64,000 nt of DNA from Octopus sinensis (Eukaryota). Below, in pieces: positions 1-12,771 of the stretch. The translations under genes and the position numbers were made by a program. Every line of letters starts with the position of its first letter. Position 1 is the stretch's first letter. The stretch lies in assembly GCF_006345805.1 (NCBI RefSeq), contig NC_042997.1:99696001-99760000 (forward strand), given 5' to 3'. The notes beneath the pieces were generated by a model. The model did no database searches. It was not told where the DNA came from and saw nothing but the letters and a program-made list of their open reading frames with translations.

Positions 1-1353
1 CATACAATTCTGTATGCTGTTTTCGAAAATAGGAGCATTTTACATCATCATGATACCATTGTTTGAACCTGGAGCCCAGTAGTTCTGACTTTTCTTTCCT
101 TAAACCCATGTCTTTAAATAATTTAACTCAAGTTCACTTAATAAATGAGGAACTTTTTTTGAAGATCCTGGTTCATCACAATGATCTGCTGTACCACTTG
201 GTATGCCTTCAATTGAAGTAGATGCAGTACTTTCTTCACTTAAACTTTGTCAAAAGATGAAGGAGGTTCTGGAATTGGAATATTTTCAGCAGCATAAACA
301 ACTGCTTTTAAAACTGAAGGGCAATCTGGATAATCAATCTTGTATTTGTTCTTCTTAGAGAAACCAGTGATGTTGGTTAAGCAGAAATAACAACCGGTAT
401 ACTGGTTTGTTGGTTCACGCCATATCATTGGTACTGCAAATGGCATACTTTTCCGTTTACCATTCAGTCATTGAGTTAGTGCTATGTAGCAGTTTTTGCA
501 ACAAATATAAGGTGCCCATAGTCTATCTTGGTCCCCAATTTTGCACCTAAAGTAAAACTTGTAAGCATTTCAAAATTTCTTTGTATGCTTATTTCTCTGA
601 TTTTTTTATGTAAATTTTCCACACAAGTAACAAAAGCTGTCCGGGTGATTAACACAAACTTTTCTGCTCATCATAAATACATACAGTAATAACCTAAATC
701 AACACTAAAGGAAGCCTATCAGCAAACTAAAATATAAAATTTATCAACAATAAATGTTACTATAAAACATCAAAATATATTTCTCAACAAAAAAATCATT
801 GAAATTATCATAGAATGCACTGAAGCTATGGTTATCATGAAACAATTTTTTTCATCTCAAAATTTCAAACATTGATCACTTTAATAAATAACTAAACTTA
901 CTACTAAACTAATTTTCATATAACCTGGCTATTTTATTTGATGTACTGTGTTTTAACAGCACTAGCAGTTGTCAAGAAAAGGGAGTCTGAGTAGCTTACT
1001 ATAACCTAATATCAATAGTCTAATGTGAGGAGAACTTTACTATAATTACAGCGATAATAAAGTAAAATAAATTCTCATCTTGTGAGGCAATTTAACAGGT
1101 AGCCTACATTTCCCTCTATCAGCACTTATTTTTGTTTCGGTGATGAGTATATGAATGAAAATCGAAAGCAAATAGCCGACTACTTTGTCAATATTATCAA
1201 TTGGTTGGAAAATCTGATGCTGTGAAATAGCTAAAAACTTATACATGTTGCCTGAAAACTGATGTCAGATTTGAATTCAGTACCCTAAAATTACCCTAAA
1301 ACATCTGAAAAAGTTTATACAGCATGACTAAAAAATTTTTTTGTTGCCCAGTG
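1..1353 (-). mobile_element. Chapaev3-type (CMC superfamily) DNA transposon, decayed 5' part
   Basis: Minus-strand frames from about 674 give MMSRKVCVNHPDSFCYLCG...AYKFYFRCKIGDQDRLWAPYICCKNC...MPFAVPMIWREPTNQYTGCYFC...KSELLGSRFKQW, with stops and frameshifts. The terminus reads CACTGGGCAAC on the minus strand at 1353 and is flanked by TAA. The family assignment is recalled from known zinc-finger motifs and CAC termini. Confidence 0.75.
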
Positions 1354-1972
1354 TAATGTATAGGCTTAAATCTTTCTGTCTGAGATGTGGTCACTTCTGA
1401 TTCATTTCTTCAACTAATTACAAGTCTTCTATTAAAATAATGATTTCTTAATTGAAATAAGGATGTAAATTCATAAAGGAGGAATGTCATTATTTGAATT
1501 TATTTTAGTATTTTTCATCTTTTACATGTTTCAGTCATTGGGCTGTGGCCATGCTGGGGCGTTCCCTTGAAGGGTCTATTAAACAAATAGAGCCCAGTAT
1601 TTATTTTTAAGTCTGATGCTTATTCTATCGGTTTCTTTTGCCAAACCACTAAGTAATGAGGATGTGAACAAACCAACACCAGTTGTCAAAAGGTGGTAGG
1701 GGACAAACACAAACGCACACACATAATTGTTGTTTGAGCAGCACAAGCCTTAGTAATTATTACCAAAGAGTAAAAAAATCATACAATAATACAAATCTTT
1801 TCCATGAAAACGTTAAATCATTTGTTGATAAATCTAGGCTTGCTTCCCAACCACATGGTTCCAGGATCAGTCCTACTGCGTGGCATCTTGGGCGAGTGTC
1901 TTCTACTATCGCCCCAAGCTGACCAAAGCCTTGTGAATGGATTTGGTATACAGAAACTGAAAGAAGCTTGTC

Positions 1973-2009
<37 letters not shown>

Positions 2010-2487
2010 GCATTAGGAAGGGCATCCAGCTGTAGAAACACTGCCAGATCAGACTGGACCTGGTGCAGCCTCCTGGCTTCCCAGAACCCAGTCAAACCAT
2101 CCAACCCATGCTAGCATGGAAAACGGACGTTAAATGATGATGATGATATATATATATATATACACACACACATGTAGATGTGTACATATCTACATGTGTA
2201 TGCCTTGTGTCTGTGTTTGTGCCCCACCACCACCACCTGACAACTGATGTTGGTGTGTTTACATACCTGTAACTTAGCAGTTCGGCAAAAAGATCAATAA
2301 AATAAGTACTAGGCTTTAAAAAATGACTGAAACATGTAAAAGGTAAAGGTAAGTATTTGGGAATTTTCTATTATTCCTTTTTACCAAACAGTAATAGCTT
2401 TTGTTGGTGGCTTATGGGTTGGTTTGTTTTGAGGTTTTTTTAATCATTTTTCAAAGCCATTTATGCTAATGTTGCCACTGTTTAGAT

Positions 2488-2762
2488 TAGTGGTTCTGAA
2501 CCAGGCTCCACATGGCCCTTCAGGGTCCACATGACCCTTTGGGGTCCAAATAAGATTTTGTTGTTAAAAATTTATGTTCAGTAGATAGCTTATACTTTGA
2601 CAATACACAAAATATTTTAATATTTTTTTAATGCAATTCTTAATATTTAATAACAAAAATACAGTGATATTTCTTTTATATACAGCGAATGGTTACATAG
2701 GTCCAGTAGAGCAAAATAGGAATCAAAGGGGTCCATAGGAAAAAAATGGTCAAGAACCACCA
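2488..2762. mobile_element. hAT/Charlie-like MITE
   Basis: TIRs TAGTGGTTCT...AGAACCAC; imperfect 8-bp TSD gtttagat/gtatagac; homologous to 57774-58742. Confidence 0.75.
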
Positions 2763-3140
2763 GTATAGACTCAGATCAGACCTGTGACCAATGGCGTTCC
2801 AATTATGATCACCCAGTCACTGTATTTATCAAGGACTATACATTGAAGGCAGAGTATAAACTGAGGGATAGTTGTCAGCTATTTCTTGTAGCTGGAGTAA
2901 TGGCATAGAGGCTTCTTAAATTATCGGCTAGTTTTTTATTAGGATTAATTTCTTCATTAAAATCACACAATAAGTTTAGATCGTCATTTTAATTACTACA
3001 AAACTCCTAGGGGAGTGTCTTGAATTTTATGAACAGAGACATTGGTATGAAGATATCAATAACCAAATGCTTAAGCAGTAATTTATCTATCCTGACAATC
3101 TATCAATCCATCCATCTGTTCATAACTACTTTTGAGGGAT

Positions 3141-3207
<67 letters not shown>

Positions 3208-3903
3208 ACACAAACATAATGCCAGCTAAAGCAAGAAGCATAGAAAAATAAAATCTATTTGTAAAGCTAAATATAAAATGAATACAACATAAATAAATAA
3301 AGGTAAGGAAGTGTGAAAGGAACAACTTTTTTGTATGTTTAATTTTTGCTCTTTCTTGTGAATCTTTCCCTGTTCCCTCTCAGTTGTTGCTGACAGATGA
3401 GTGTTGACAGCATAACAAACCTCGACTATGATAAGACTGAACACATGTTGACAACAGGGACCACAGCAAGGGTGGAGTTGAGAGAAAAGGAAAATTTTTT
3501 TAAAAATTAAAATAAAAAAAAGAATTGTGAGAAGAGGGGAAAAAATTATAGAAAATATAAAACTGTCTCTTAGGAAAAATAAATAAATAAAATAGTAAAT
3601 TGAGTGAGAAAAAGAGGACATTGTGTTTGAAGTTAATTTATATCCTAAAGACTTAACTATGTGCACTAGAGAAATTCCAGTCCTCTTGGAAAAATAAAAT
3701 AAAACTTGGAAAGAGGAAAGCATTTGGAGGTATTGAAAGATAACATAGCAGAAGGCTGGGGACGTGAAGAGGATTAAGGTAGAATATTCCTCAGAATAAA
3801 CACTGAGCCTAACAATTTTATAAACAAAGAAATTGTAAACAGCATTAAGGTGGGAGAACATTGGTAGCAAAATTAACTTAATGGATATCATCCTTACTTC
3901 TCT

Positions 3904-3936
<33 letters not shown>

Positions 3937-5997
3937 ACACACACACACACCACACACACACACACACAAAGAGAGAGTGTATGAGAGTGGGGTGAGATAA
4001 TCCTTTCTACTATAGGAACAAACAAAGCCTGGAATTTTTAGGGGAGGCAGGCTAGTCAATTACATCAATTCCGGTACTCAACTGATGCTCATTTCATCAA
4101 CCCAAAGGATGGAAGGCAAAGTCAATGTTGACAGAATTTGAACTCAGAACATAAAGACAGTTGAAAAGCTACTAAGCATTTTGCCTGGCATGCTAACAAT
4201 TCAGCCAGCTCACAGCTTTAGAGAGAAAAAAGATTATAAAACTAGAAAGCTTAAATGACAGAAAGAAAATATCTCCTTCTATGTCTTGAGTCAAAACATT
4301 TGAAAAATAAAAATGGAAATTTTGAAAAAAAAAATCCCTTTCATTTATAATGTAAAACCAGTTTGAGGAGACAATGATCAGATGCTATGAAATATATAAA
4401 CATCTGCTAAGTACTGATGAGGTTTTGAAGGTCTGTACTTATCTCCAGTTTTTATGGAATTACCATGGGTGAGAGATGCAGTCCCCCCATGACATAAAAA
4501 AACACCAGTCATTTCAGCTAACATTCACAAATGATCTAACAAAGTTCAACTGAGGTGTACAGAATTAAGTGTACTGCCAAAGCACAGTGGATTTCAACTA
4601 CCAATTAGACGATAGTCAAAAGTATTATAGATTAATAAACCTTATCTGTTAGATAAAGTAACTGATAAGGAATTATACTGTAACTTGTTTTTCATTCTTG
4701 TCAAATAAATACATCATCAGCTGTTGAGGTGAACTAAACTCCTTTCACAGCTACTCAATGCCTCCACCATTTAGGTAAAACTCATTGCCTACAGTTTTTT
4801 AAGCAATGAGGCTTATGTCCTTAGGGGATATTGAGAGAGTTTCTAAGTTGTATATGTCATTTGTAGATGGTTGTACTGCAAATATCACATGCATGATTTG
4901 GGCATCAGGGTTCCACTCATCAACTGCTCTAAGCAGCAGAGACAGTAGCCTGCAAGCACAAAGTTATGCATACACCCCTTTAAGGGTTGAACAGAGTTGC
5001 TATCAGTTGCCATTCATGAGAAGGTGATAGCATTTTCACCACAAAGTTTACCAACCTTATCTTCAACATTGTAGCACTGTTAGTGAGTTTAGGTTACTAT
5101 TATACTATATTTCACTGAAACAAAAATCTAATAATATAAAAGATGGCATTCATTCATTAATTCATTCATTCATTCCCTCCCTCCCTCCTACTTATCCTCT
5201 CTTCCTCTCTCTCTCTCTTTAATACAGCAAACCCAAGCTGAAAGGCGGTTCTTATAGTATTGAGTTATATGAATAGTTATATTGTAATTACTCTAACAAC
5301 ACAACCACTACATTCTTCCCTTTGATGTATAAACTCTAAGCAAGACACCTCTAAGCAAAACGAAAAATTAATGCAGATGTGACTGTGTGGTAAAGAAGCT
5401 TGCTTTCCAACCACATGGTTTCAGGTTCAATCCCTCTATGTGGCACCTTTGACAAGTGTCTTCTACTATAGCCCCAGGCCAACCAAAGCCTTGTGAGTGA
5501 ATTTGGTGACAGTAACTGAAAGAAGCCCATCATATGTGTGTGTGTGTGTGTGTGTTGTGCATGTGTGTGTGAGTGTGTGTGTCTGTGTGTCTTTGTGTTT
5601 GTCCCACCACTACCTTGACAACCAATGTTGATGTGTTTATGTCCCCATAACTTAGTGGTTCAGCAAAAGAAATCAATAGAATAAATACGAGGCTTAAATA
5701 AATAAGTCTTAGAGTCGATTTATTCAACTAAAATCCTTCAAGGCAGTGCCCCAGCATAGTCAAGGTCAATTGACTGAAACAAGATAAAAAATAAAAGATA
5801 AAAGCCTCTATATGGTTTCTTGATATGTCAAAAATAGCAGCCAAATCTCCTCAAATTCGACACACAATATCATTTTACAAAAAATATGGGTATATTAGTC
5901 ACTGTAATCCTAAATATATATAAAAAAAAAGACAGGATGGCCATGGCTGAAATGCATTTAATCAAAGAGTTGCTCTACCAATATTGACCTGTGATTA

Positions 5998-6440
5998 CCC
6001 CTGTAGCATTTAAACTGGTCATATCCGGCCCAAACATTCTCCCTTGTTTTATGTTCAGATTGGCCAAATCTAGCCTCTTACACGTACCCTACAATGTCTT
6101 TCTAAAAATAAGAACTTGCATCATCAATATTTCAAAGCTATGAGATATAACATGATTAATTCAAAACAATGTGACATAATTGTTACACTTAAAAAAGTAA
6201 TTTGAATGCTGAAGGGTTAACCCTTTTGTTACCGTATTTATTTTGAGATGCTCTGTGTTTCTTTCAATTACTTTAAATATAACAAACAATTTAGTAAAAT
6301 AACTTCGTTATCATTCAGCTAGTGTTAGGAACATAAATTGTGACTAAGGTTTGGTGGAAGATTTTAATTCAAAACTTATGAAAACAAGACATTTGTACTC
6401 AAAGCAAGAGCCGGTTTCAGCCAGGTTGGTAATGAAAGGG
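5998..6440. mobile_element. Two abutting TTAA-flanked (piggyBac-type) MITEs sharing one TTAA
   Basis: CCC...GGG ends flanked by TTAA. The junction gaagggTTAAcccttt is at 6211-6226. Related copies lie at 24160-24666, 36314-36533 and 36840-37059. Confidence 0.7.
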
Positions 6441-6624
6441 TTAAACAACAACAGCTACAATAATAAAACCGTTACATGCAATGTCATTACCAGTTCGAAT
6501 ATGCCAGTGGCAAATTCAAACTTATAAGCAGGCCATTTACTGTGTTTTGTCATGGAGAAAATTTTTCGCTGTAGACAAATGGTATAAATACACCAAAAAC
6601 GGCTTACAGCACCACCTATCCAGA

Positions 6625-6672
6625 CTGTGAGATGCAAGCATTTCAGAGTGGTTATCTCCTTTCCAGTCACAG
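6625..6672 (-). ncRNA. Type I hammerhead ribozyme, copy A (core mutated)
   Basis: CUGUGA-CUGGAAA-GGAG AUAACCA CUCU-GAAA-UGCUUGCA-UC-UCACAG. All three stems pair, but the core CUGANGA is changed to CUGGAAA. Confidence 0.8.
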
Positions 6673-6960
6673 AAACTAGAATGTGGTGCTGCGAGCCGAT
6701 AAGTGAAATAATCTTTCTAATACTATTCCAGTCATCACACGTCAGCTGGTAATGCTGACTGGTGGCTCACCATAAATAAATTACAAGGTGGGAATGCTAA
6801 GCAGTGGTATGTATAAGTGCAATGTTATTACTAGTTCGAATATGCCAGTAGCACATTTTGAACTCTTAAACTTAAAGCCATTCACTGTGTTTTGTCATAG
6901 AGAAAATTTCTTGCTGTAGACAAATAGTGTAAATACAGCTCACAGTGCCACCTATCCAGA

Positions 6961-7006
6961 CTGAGATGCAAGCATTTCAGCATGGTTATCTCCTCTTCAG
7001 TCACAG
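6961..7006 (-). ncRNA. Type I hammerhead ribozyme, copy B (core intact, stems I and II damaged)
   Basis: CUGUGA-CUGAAGA-GGAG AUAACCA UGCU-GAAA-UGCUUGCA-UC-UCAG. There is a 2-nt deletion in the stem I 3' strand. Confidence 0.8.
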
Positions 7007-7386
7007 AACTGGTTATAACTTTGCATTTATAGACATCACTGCTTAGTGCTCCCACCCCGTAAAACTGTTACAATATATATAAATGGCAGGCATGGCTGTG
7101 TGGTTAGGAAGCTTGCTTCCCAGCTACTTGGTTTCATGTGACACCATGAAATTGAAGTTAAGAGTGCCTTGGTTGGTGTGATGTGATGCTGGTGGCACCT
7201 TGGGCAAGTGTCTTCTGCTATAGCCCCGGACTGACCAAAGCTTTGTAATTGAATTTGGTAGGCGGAAGTTATTGCCGTGTGTGTACATGTGTGTGTAAGT
7301 GCTTGTGCCTCCTAACAGAGAGGGAAATAAACTGGTCAATATAGTTATTCAATAACATTTTACAACATAGAACACAGTAAACTCAC

Positions 7387-7612
7387 CAAAATTTGAAGAA
7401 CCAATTAAAGTCAGACTTGGCAGCTGGTCTTTTGAAATGTAATACCAAAGCCCTTTCACATGAAATGTCCATTTATTGCGATAGTATTCATATAACTGAA
7501 TGCGTTTTTGTTGCTCAAATGCACAGAGTTTTTGGTGAAACTGCCGAGCAACTTGGATATAAAGATATGGAATGGCACCAGCTGCCCCACTGGCACCATA
7601 AAAGCCATTCAC
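7387..7612 (-). CDS. PGS1: PGS1 internal coding exon with second PLD-like HxK motif
   Basis: Acceptor ctttacag|GTG and donor G|gtgagt; 226 bp. It encodes VNGFYGASGAAGAIPYLYIQVARQF...EYYRNKWTFHVKGLWYYISKDQLPSLTLIGSSNFG, matching PGS1 VNGFFGAKGVAGAIP...WTFHAKGLW...LPCLTLIGSPNFG. Confidence 0.96.
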
Positions 7613-8783
7613 CTGTAAAGAGAGGAAGAAGTAATTTCAAAGTGGTGATTTAAATATAATTTCTAGAGACATGTAGTTGAAATAATAATCAGTGTAGAGG
7701 GTGAAAGAAGTGATAAAATTGGGGCCAGAGATAGAGTAGGATTGAAGAAAACTTTAGGAACATCTAACAACAAAAATTTCTTTTTTCTTTCTTTTTTACA
7801 AGCTGGAGAGTATTAGAACCAGCTGAAAAGATATCACCAATTTAAGATAAGTAGGAGGTTGGCTACTGCAAATATGATGACCAATCTATTGAAAAAAATG
7901 ATGATGGTGATGATGACAAAAGCATGAATGGTGTGATAGAGATGATGTGTGAATCCAATTTGATTAGACTACCATCAAAGAGACATTTACTAACTACTAT
8001 TATCTTCAATAGCAACCCAGCTTTCCTGTTTCCCCAACAACACAGATGGATTATTGCAAGTGCCAGCAGGAGAAGCTGGTCTCTATGTCACATGGTCAAT
8101 TTTCAAACTGGCAAGACTGGACTTCTCAAAGTTTCAAGATGAGTCATACCAGAAACAAAATCTATTTACATTAATGTGTATGGAAATTGTCTCCAAAATA
8201 CACCTATTCTGTATTTTGGAGACAGTTCTCATAGCCAATAAACCTGCAACGTTTCTTTTTAGAGTTCAGTAACTTACACTTTAGCTGTGCTAGAATGTAA
8301 ATGGTTCGGAAGGTCAGAAGGCTAAGTTGATCATAAACTGGACTACTTGGTCATAATATTGAGTTTCTGATTTGGGGGAAAAAACAAACACAACATAACG
8401 TTACATTTTTGGTTTTGTTTTTAACCCAGTCTTCAATCTATGTGTCAATAATAAGTGACGAATCTCATGAGAATGTTATTTGCAACAGAGGTGGTTTTTA
8501 TGCAGATTCAAAAATGATTTATCTCACGTCCACTTAACACCATGAAATTGGAGCTAAGAATGACTTGGTTGGTGTGATGTGATGCTGGCAAAAGAAGATA
8601 TATTTCATTGGCTGTGTGAATAGTAACCAAAATGACTTGTGAACATTTCAGTGAATATTTATTGCAAGTCATAAAGATATCTGGCATTGGCAGTTTACAG
8701 TGAACAACATAGATATTTGCTCTCTCTCTCTCTCTCTCTCTCTCCTCTCTCTCTCCTCTCTCTCTCTCTCTCTCCTCTCTCTC

Positions 8784-8839
<56 letters not shown>

Positions 8840-10224
8840 CTCTTTCTCTCTGAAAGAGATGTTCTGAAATTATAGAAAGCTCTCAGTATGAAAACATGTA
8901 GTCAGCCCAAAAATATATGAAGTCAACTGCACAAATTTCCATGATAAAAGTGGTCCTTGGCTGTCTGTCCTTAATCATCTGTGCTCTAAGCCATGTGCCA
9001 AATAGTTTTTATAGGGGACTAGAAGCCAAATTCTAGAAAGTTCAGGAAAACTACATCATGCAATAGCCTCGAGCTGATTGGTCAATTAATACACCAATTA
9101 CATGAAACCATGATGGTTTGCTCATGGTGTTTCACTGAGTATGTAGCAGTTAGGATTTCAAATCACTATTTAAGGGACTGGGAGCCCTTTTGCACTGATT
9201 CATGTTTTAAATGTCTGTCTCTAAAGTCACAAAAGAACTGTTTACAACTGGCGGCATTATTTGATGGCTTAGTCAGAACTAGAACAGCAGTGAGGCCTCC
9301 AAGACTGATAAGAGAAAGAAAGTCATCATGTGCTTCAGAGTGGACTTTGCTAACAGCTGCCAAGATACAAGGCATGGTGTTAAACTGGACATCAAATTAA
9401 GTTTACATCATAAAAATATGAACAGGTCATCTGACGGCATTCTGCATAGGTTTTGTCTACCCAATTTTCATTCACAAGGCTTGAGTCAACTCAAAGTTTT
9501 GATAGAAGATACTTTCCAGAGGCACCATGCAGTGAGACTGAACCAGGGACTATGTGATTGAGAAACAAACTTCTTAATCCCACATCCAATAACGAGGTGA
9601 GGAAAACCATATTCTTGAGGCAATGACAGTTTATCACAGAAAAGATTCCATGAGAATCATATAGGTCTCCCAACAGCTAAGTGAATTAATGTTACAAAGA
9701 ATTAGACACCTGCAGTTGATTTGAAACTAAGACCAATATGGCAGCAGCAGCAGTGGCAGTGGTGGCAGTAGTGGTGGTGGTGATGGCGGTGATGGTGGTG
9801 GTGGTTCAATATGTTTATCCACTCAGCCATTTCTCCATCCACCACATTGATATACCTATGGTCAATCTGAAGTATCCTAAGCAATATCTAAATTGCTGAA
9901 TATCCCTGCTTGAGAATAAATCAATATTCTTTCCAATAAATCCTGCATATGAATTTTTCTTCCTGTTATTTCCCATTAGAATGACTTCTAGAAGGAAAAA
10001 AAAAAATCAATGACTGATAGCAAAGCACAATGGGTGAACTTTTGACCAGCAACTTAACATGCACTGATTCCAGCATTTGTTGTGTCACCTTTGTGTCAAC
10101 ACAACAATCTCAGACAATAGAAATATTGGTGATGGCAACAGTGAGAGTAACATGGATGATGGTGATGACAGAAAGTAGCAACAGCATCCTCATCACCACT
10201 TACACCACCATCACCACCACCACC

Positions 10225-10276
<52 letters not shown>

Positions 10277-10870
10277 ACAACAACAACAACAACAACAACA
10301 ATAGCAACAGCAGCAGCAACAACAACAACAAAACAATGGGATGGTGATTGTGATGAAAATGATAATGAAAATAGTTGTGGTGGTGTTGGTAGTGGTGGTG
10401 GTGGTGCTGCTTGTGGAAACGACAGCAAAGATGGTGGTAGTAGAAGTAATGATATAAATTTTCTAAGATTATTTTGGGTAATTAGTGTTACGGGGGGGGG
10501 GGGTTGTCGGTTAAGTGATTTGATTTGACAGTTTACATTACAGAAAGACAAACAGGAATCAAAAGTCAGAAAAAAGATTCTAATATCATGCAAGAGGAAG
10601 TAGGGAAGGAAGCGCCTTCCTAAATTAAATGAACCTTATTGAATATTTTGCTATTTTTACTTTTTCACTCTATAATATTCTTTCATGGAACCTTGAACAG
10701 TTTTGAAAAAGAATATATCAAGTTTTCTCTTGCCCTAACAAGTCAATCTTGAAGTATATTTTATTGACAAAATTCTCTCTCTCACTCTTTCTACACACAC
10801 ACACACAGACACACACACTAACACACATACACACAAACATAAATATACATATATATATACATACATATGC

Positions 10871-10909
<39 letters not shown>

Positions 10910-11083
10910 AAAAATAGGATAAAATCTTTATAAGAAATTATCAGGTAGTTAGCGTGAAAAACCTCATAAGGGAAAAATTCATTAATTATTCCCTTTAAAT
11001 ATATTTATTTATATTAAGGGCATTACTATACATAAATGCCTCATACTAGGAGGGACTCTTAAAGTCAAAACTACCATAATAAA

Positions 11084-11131
<48 letters not shown>

Positions 11132-11734
11132 ACACACACACACACGTACACACACACACACACGTACACACAAGCATACATGTGTGTGTGTGTGTGTGTT
11201 TGTCTTTGAGTTTGTATTAGGCCCCACCACCTCTGCTAGACAACCAGAGTTGGTTTGTTTACATCCCCAAAGAGAACCTCCAGAATAAGCACTGGACTTA
11301 AAAATAAGTACTGGGGCTGATTTGTTTGACTAAACAATTCAAAGCAAAGCTCCAACATGGGCCACATTCCAGTGATTGAAACAAGTAAAAGAAAGAAGAC
11401 ACTTTAAAACATAAACTTAACATAGTTAGTTTCACATCCCAATCCTCTAACCATCATCAAAATTGAAGGACAAACCAGAGATACAGACTATTGAAAAATA
11501 CATTTAAACATGTTCAGCAAAACTGCTATTTCACTATTGGGGGAGGGTCTACAACAAGACTCAGAATATCATCCAAGAGTTTTATTATGTTATTGAGGCC
11601 TGTCATCAAGATTCTTTTGAAGCAGTTTGATATATGAAGAGAGTAGGGGGAACCATCACATATTTTCATTTCTCAGATTCCAAAGAAATTATTGGCGGTG
11701 GTGGTGGTGGTGGTGGTTCTTCTTCTTCTTCTTC

Positions 11735-11765
<31 letters not shown>

Positions 11766-12728
11766 CCTCCTCCTCCTCCTTCTTCTTCTTCTTCTTCTTC
11801 ATCATCAACATCATCATCATTGTCGTCGTCGTCGTTGTTGTTGTGGTCATCATCATTATCATTATCATCATTTTAATGTTCACTTTTCCATGCTTGTATG
11901 GGTCAGGTGGAAATTTTTTTTGAGGTGGATTTTTTTATATGGTTGGATGCCTTCCTGTCACCAAATATCACCTGATTCCAGGTAAGTTTAATATTTCCCC
12001 TTAATCAGATGTGTTTTCTCAGGAAACTGAGGATGAAGGACACTGCTTGCCCTGATGGTCACATTTGTTTACAACAGTCATGCAATGTCAACACGAGGAG
12101 ACAATAACACACACATCCACATACATGCAGACGCACACATACAATGAAGATGATGATGGTAGTGGTGATGATTATGGTGCTAATAGTGGTGGTGGTGGTG
12201 GTCGTGATGATGATGATGATGAATGATGTACCATTAAATTTTTAGTTCTTTTCTTGAGTTCAAATCACCCCCAACTCATGCTTCTTCGCATTTCTTCCAT
12301 ACTGCTCCAAATCTGTATATTTACAAACTTAAGCAACCATAGCTAGCCTAACTTACACCCACAATGATTTATTGCTGGTGTAGTTTTGTGTTTTCTGAAC
12401 TATTAACCTCATATTTTTGTGCCTCTACACAATGTTTCAATCAGTATGTTCTCCAATCATTTTCTAGACAAAATAAAAATTCCCAGTTAGTTTTTATTTG
12501 CTTTCCATATAAACAAGACATTTTCACCTTACTTCTGCCCCCTTCTCTTACATACTTTCCAGTTCATATCCTTTACTTATAAACTTGCTGCTGTACTTAG
12601 AAACCTTTCACACATTTTCACTTAAAACATCTTCATTATGATAATAATTCAACCATTTCTTGTTCAATTTTCTTTAAAAAAAATTTTAATAAAAAATAAT
12701 AATAATCATAATCATAATAATAATAATA

Positions 12729-12771
<43 letters not shown>

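Larger units (their letters stand above)
6477..7062 (-). mobile_element. Retrozyme-like tandem repeat (~335-340-bp monomer, ~1.6 copies) with two type I hammerheads
   Basis: 6477-6672 is repeated at 6818-7006, and each copy carries a hammerhead. 7011-7062 is an inverted partial copy of 6781-6832. Confidence 0.75.

Noticed and set aside
3226-4059. 277-aa minus-strand ORF
   Set aside because: It is a low-complexity F/L/I-rich frame across microsatellites with no recognisable domain.
4408-4441. AAGUA-CUGAUGA...GAAG-GUC-UG-UACUU
   Set aside because: There is no stem II, GAAG replaces GAAA, and the register is wrong.
1354-7386. Search for terminal PGS1 exons (YRS..RDLE..Q onward)
   Set aside because: Not found by eye; they probably lie left of the window.
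9110-9561. Cluster of short ORFs in non-repetitive sequence
   Set aside because: No motif or splice context was recognised; it may be an old element but this is unsupported.
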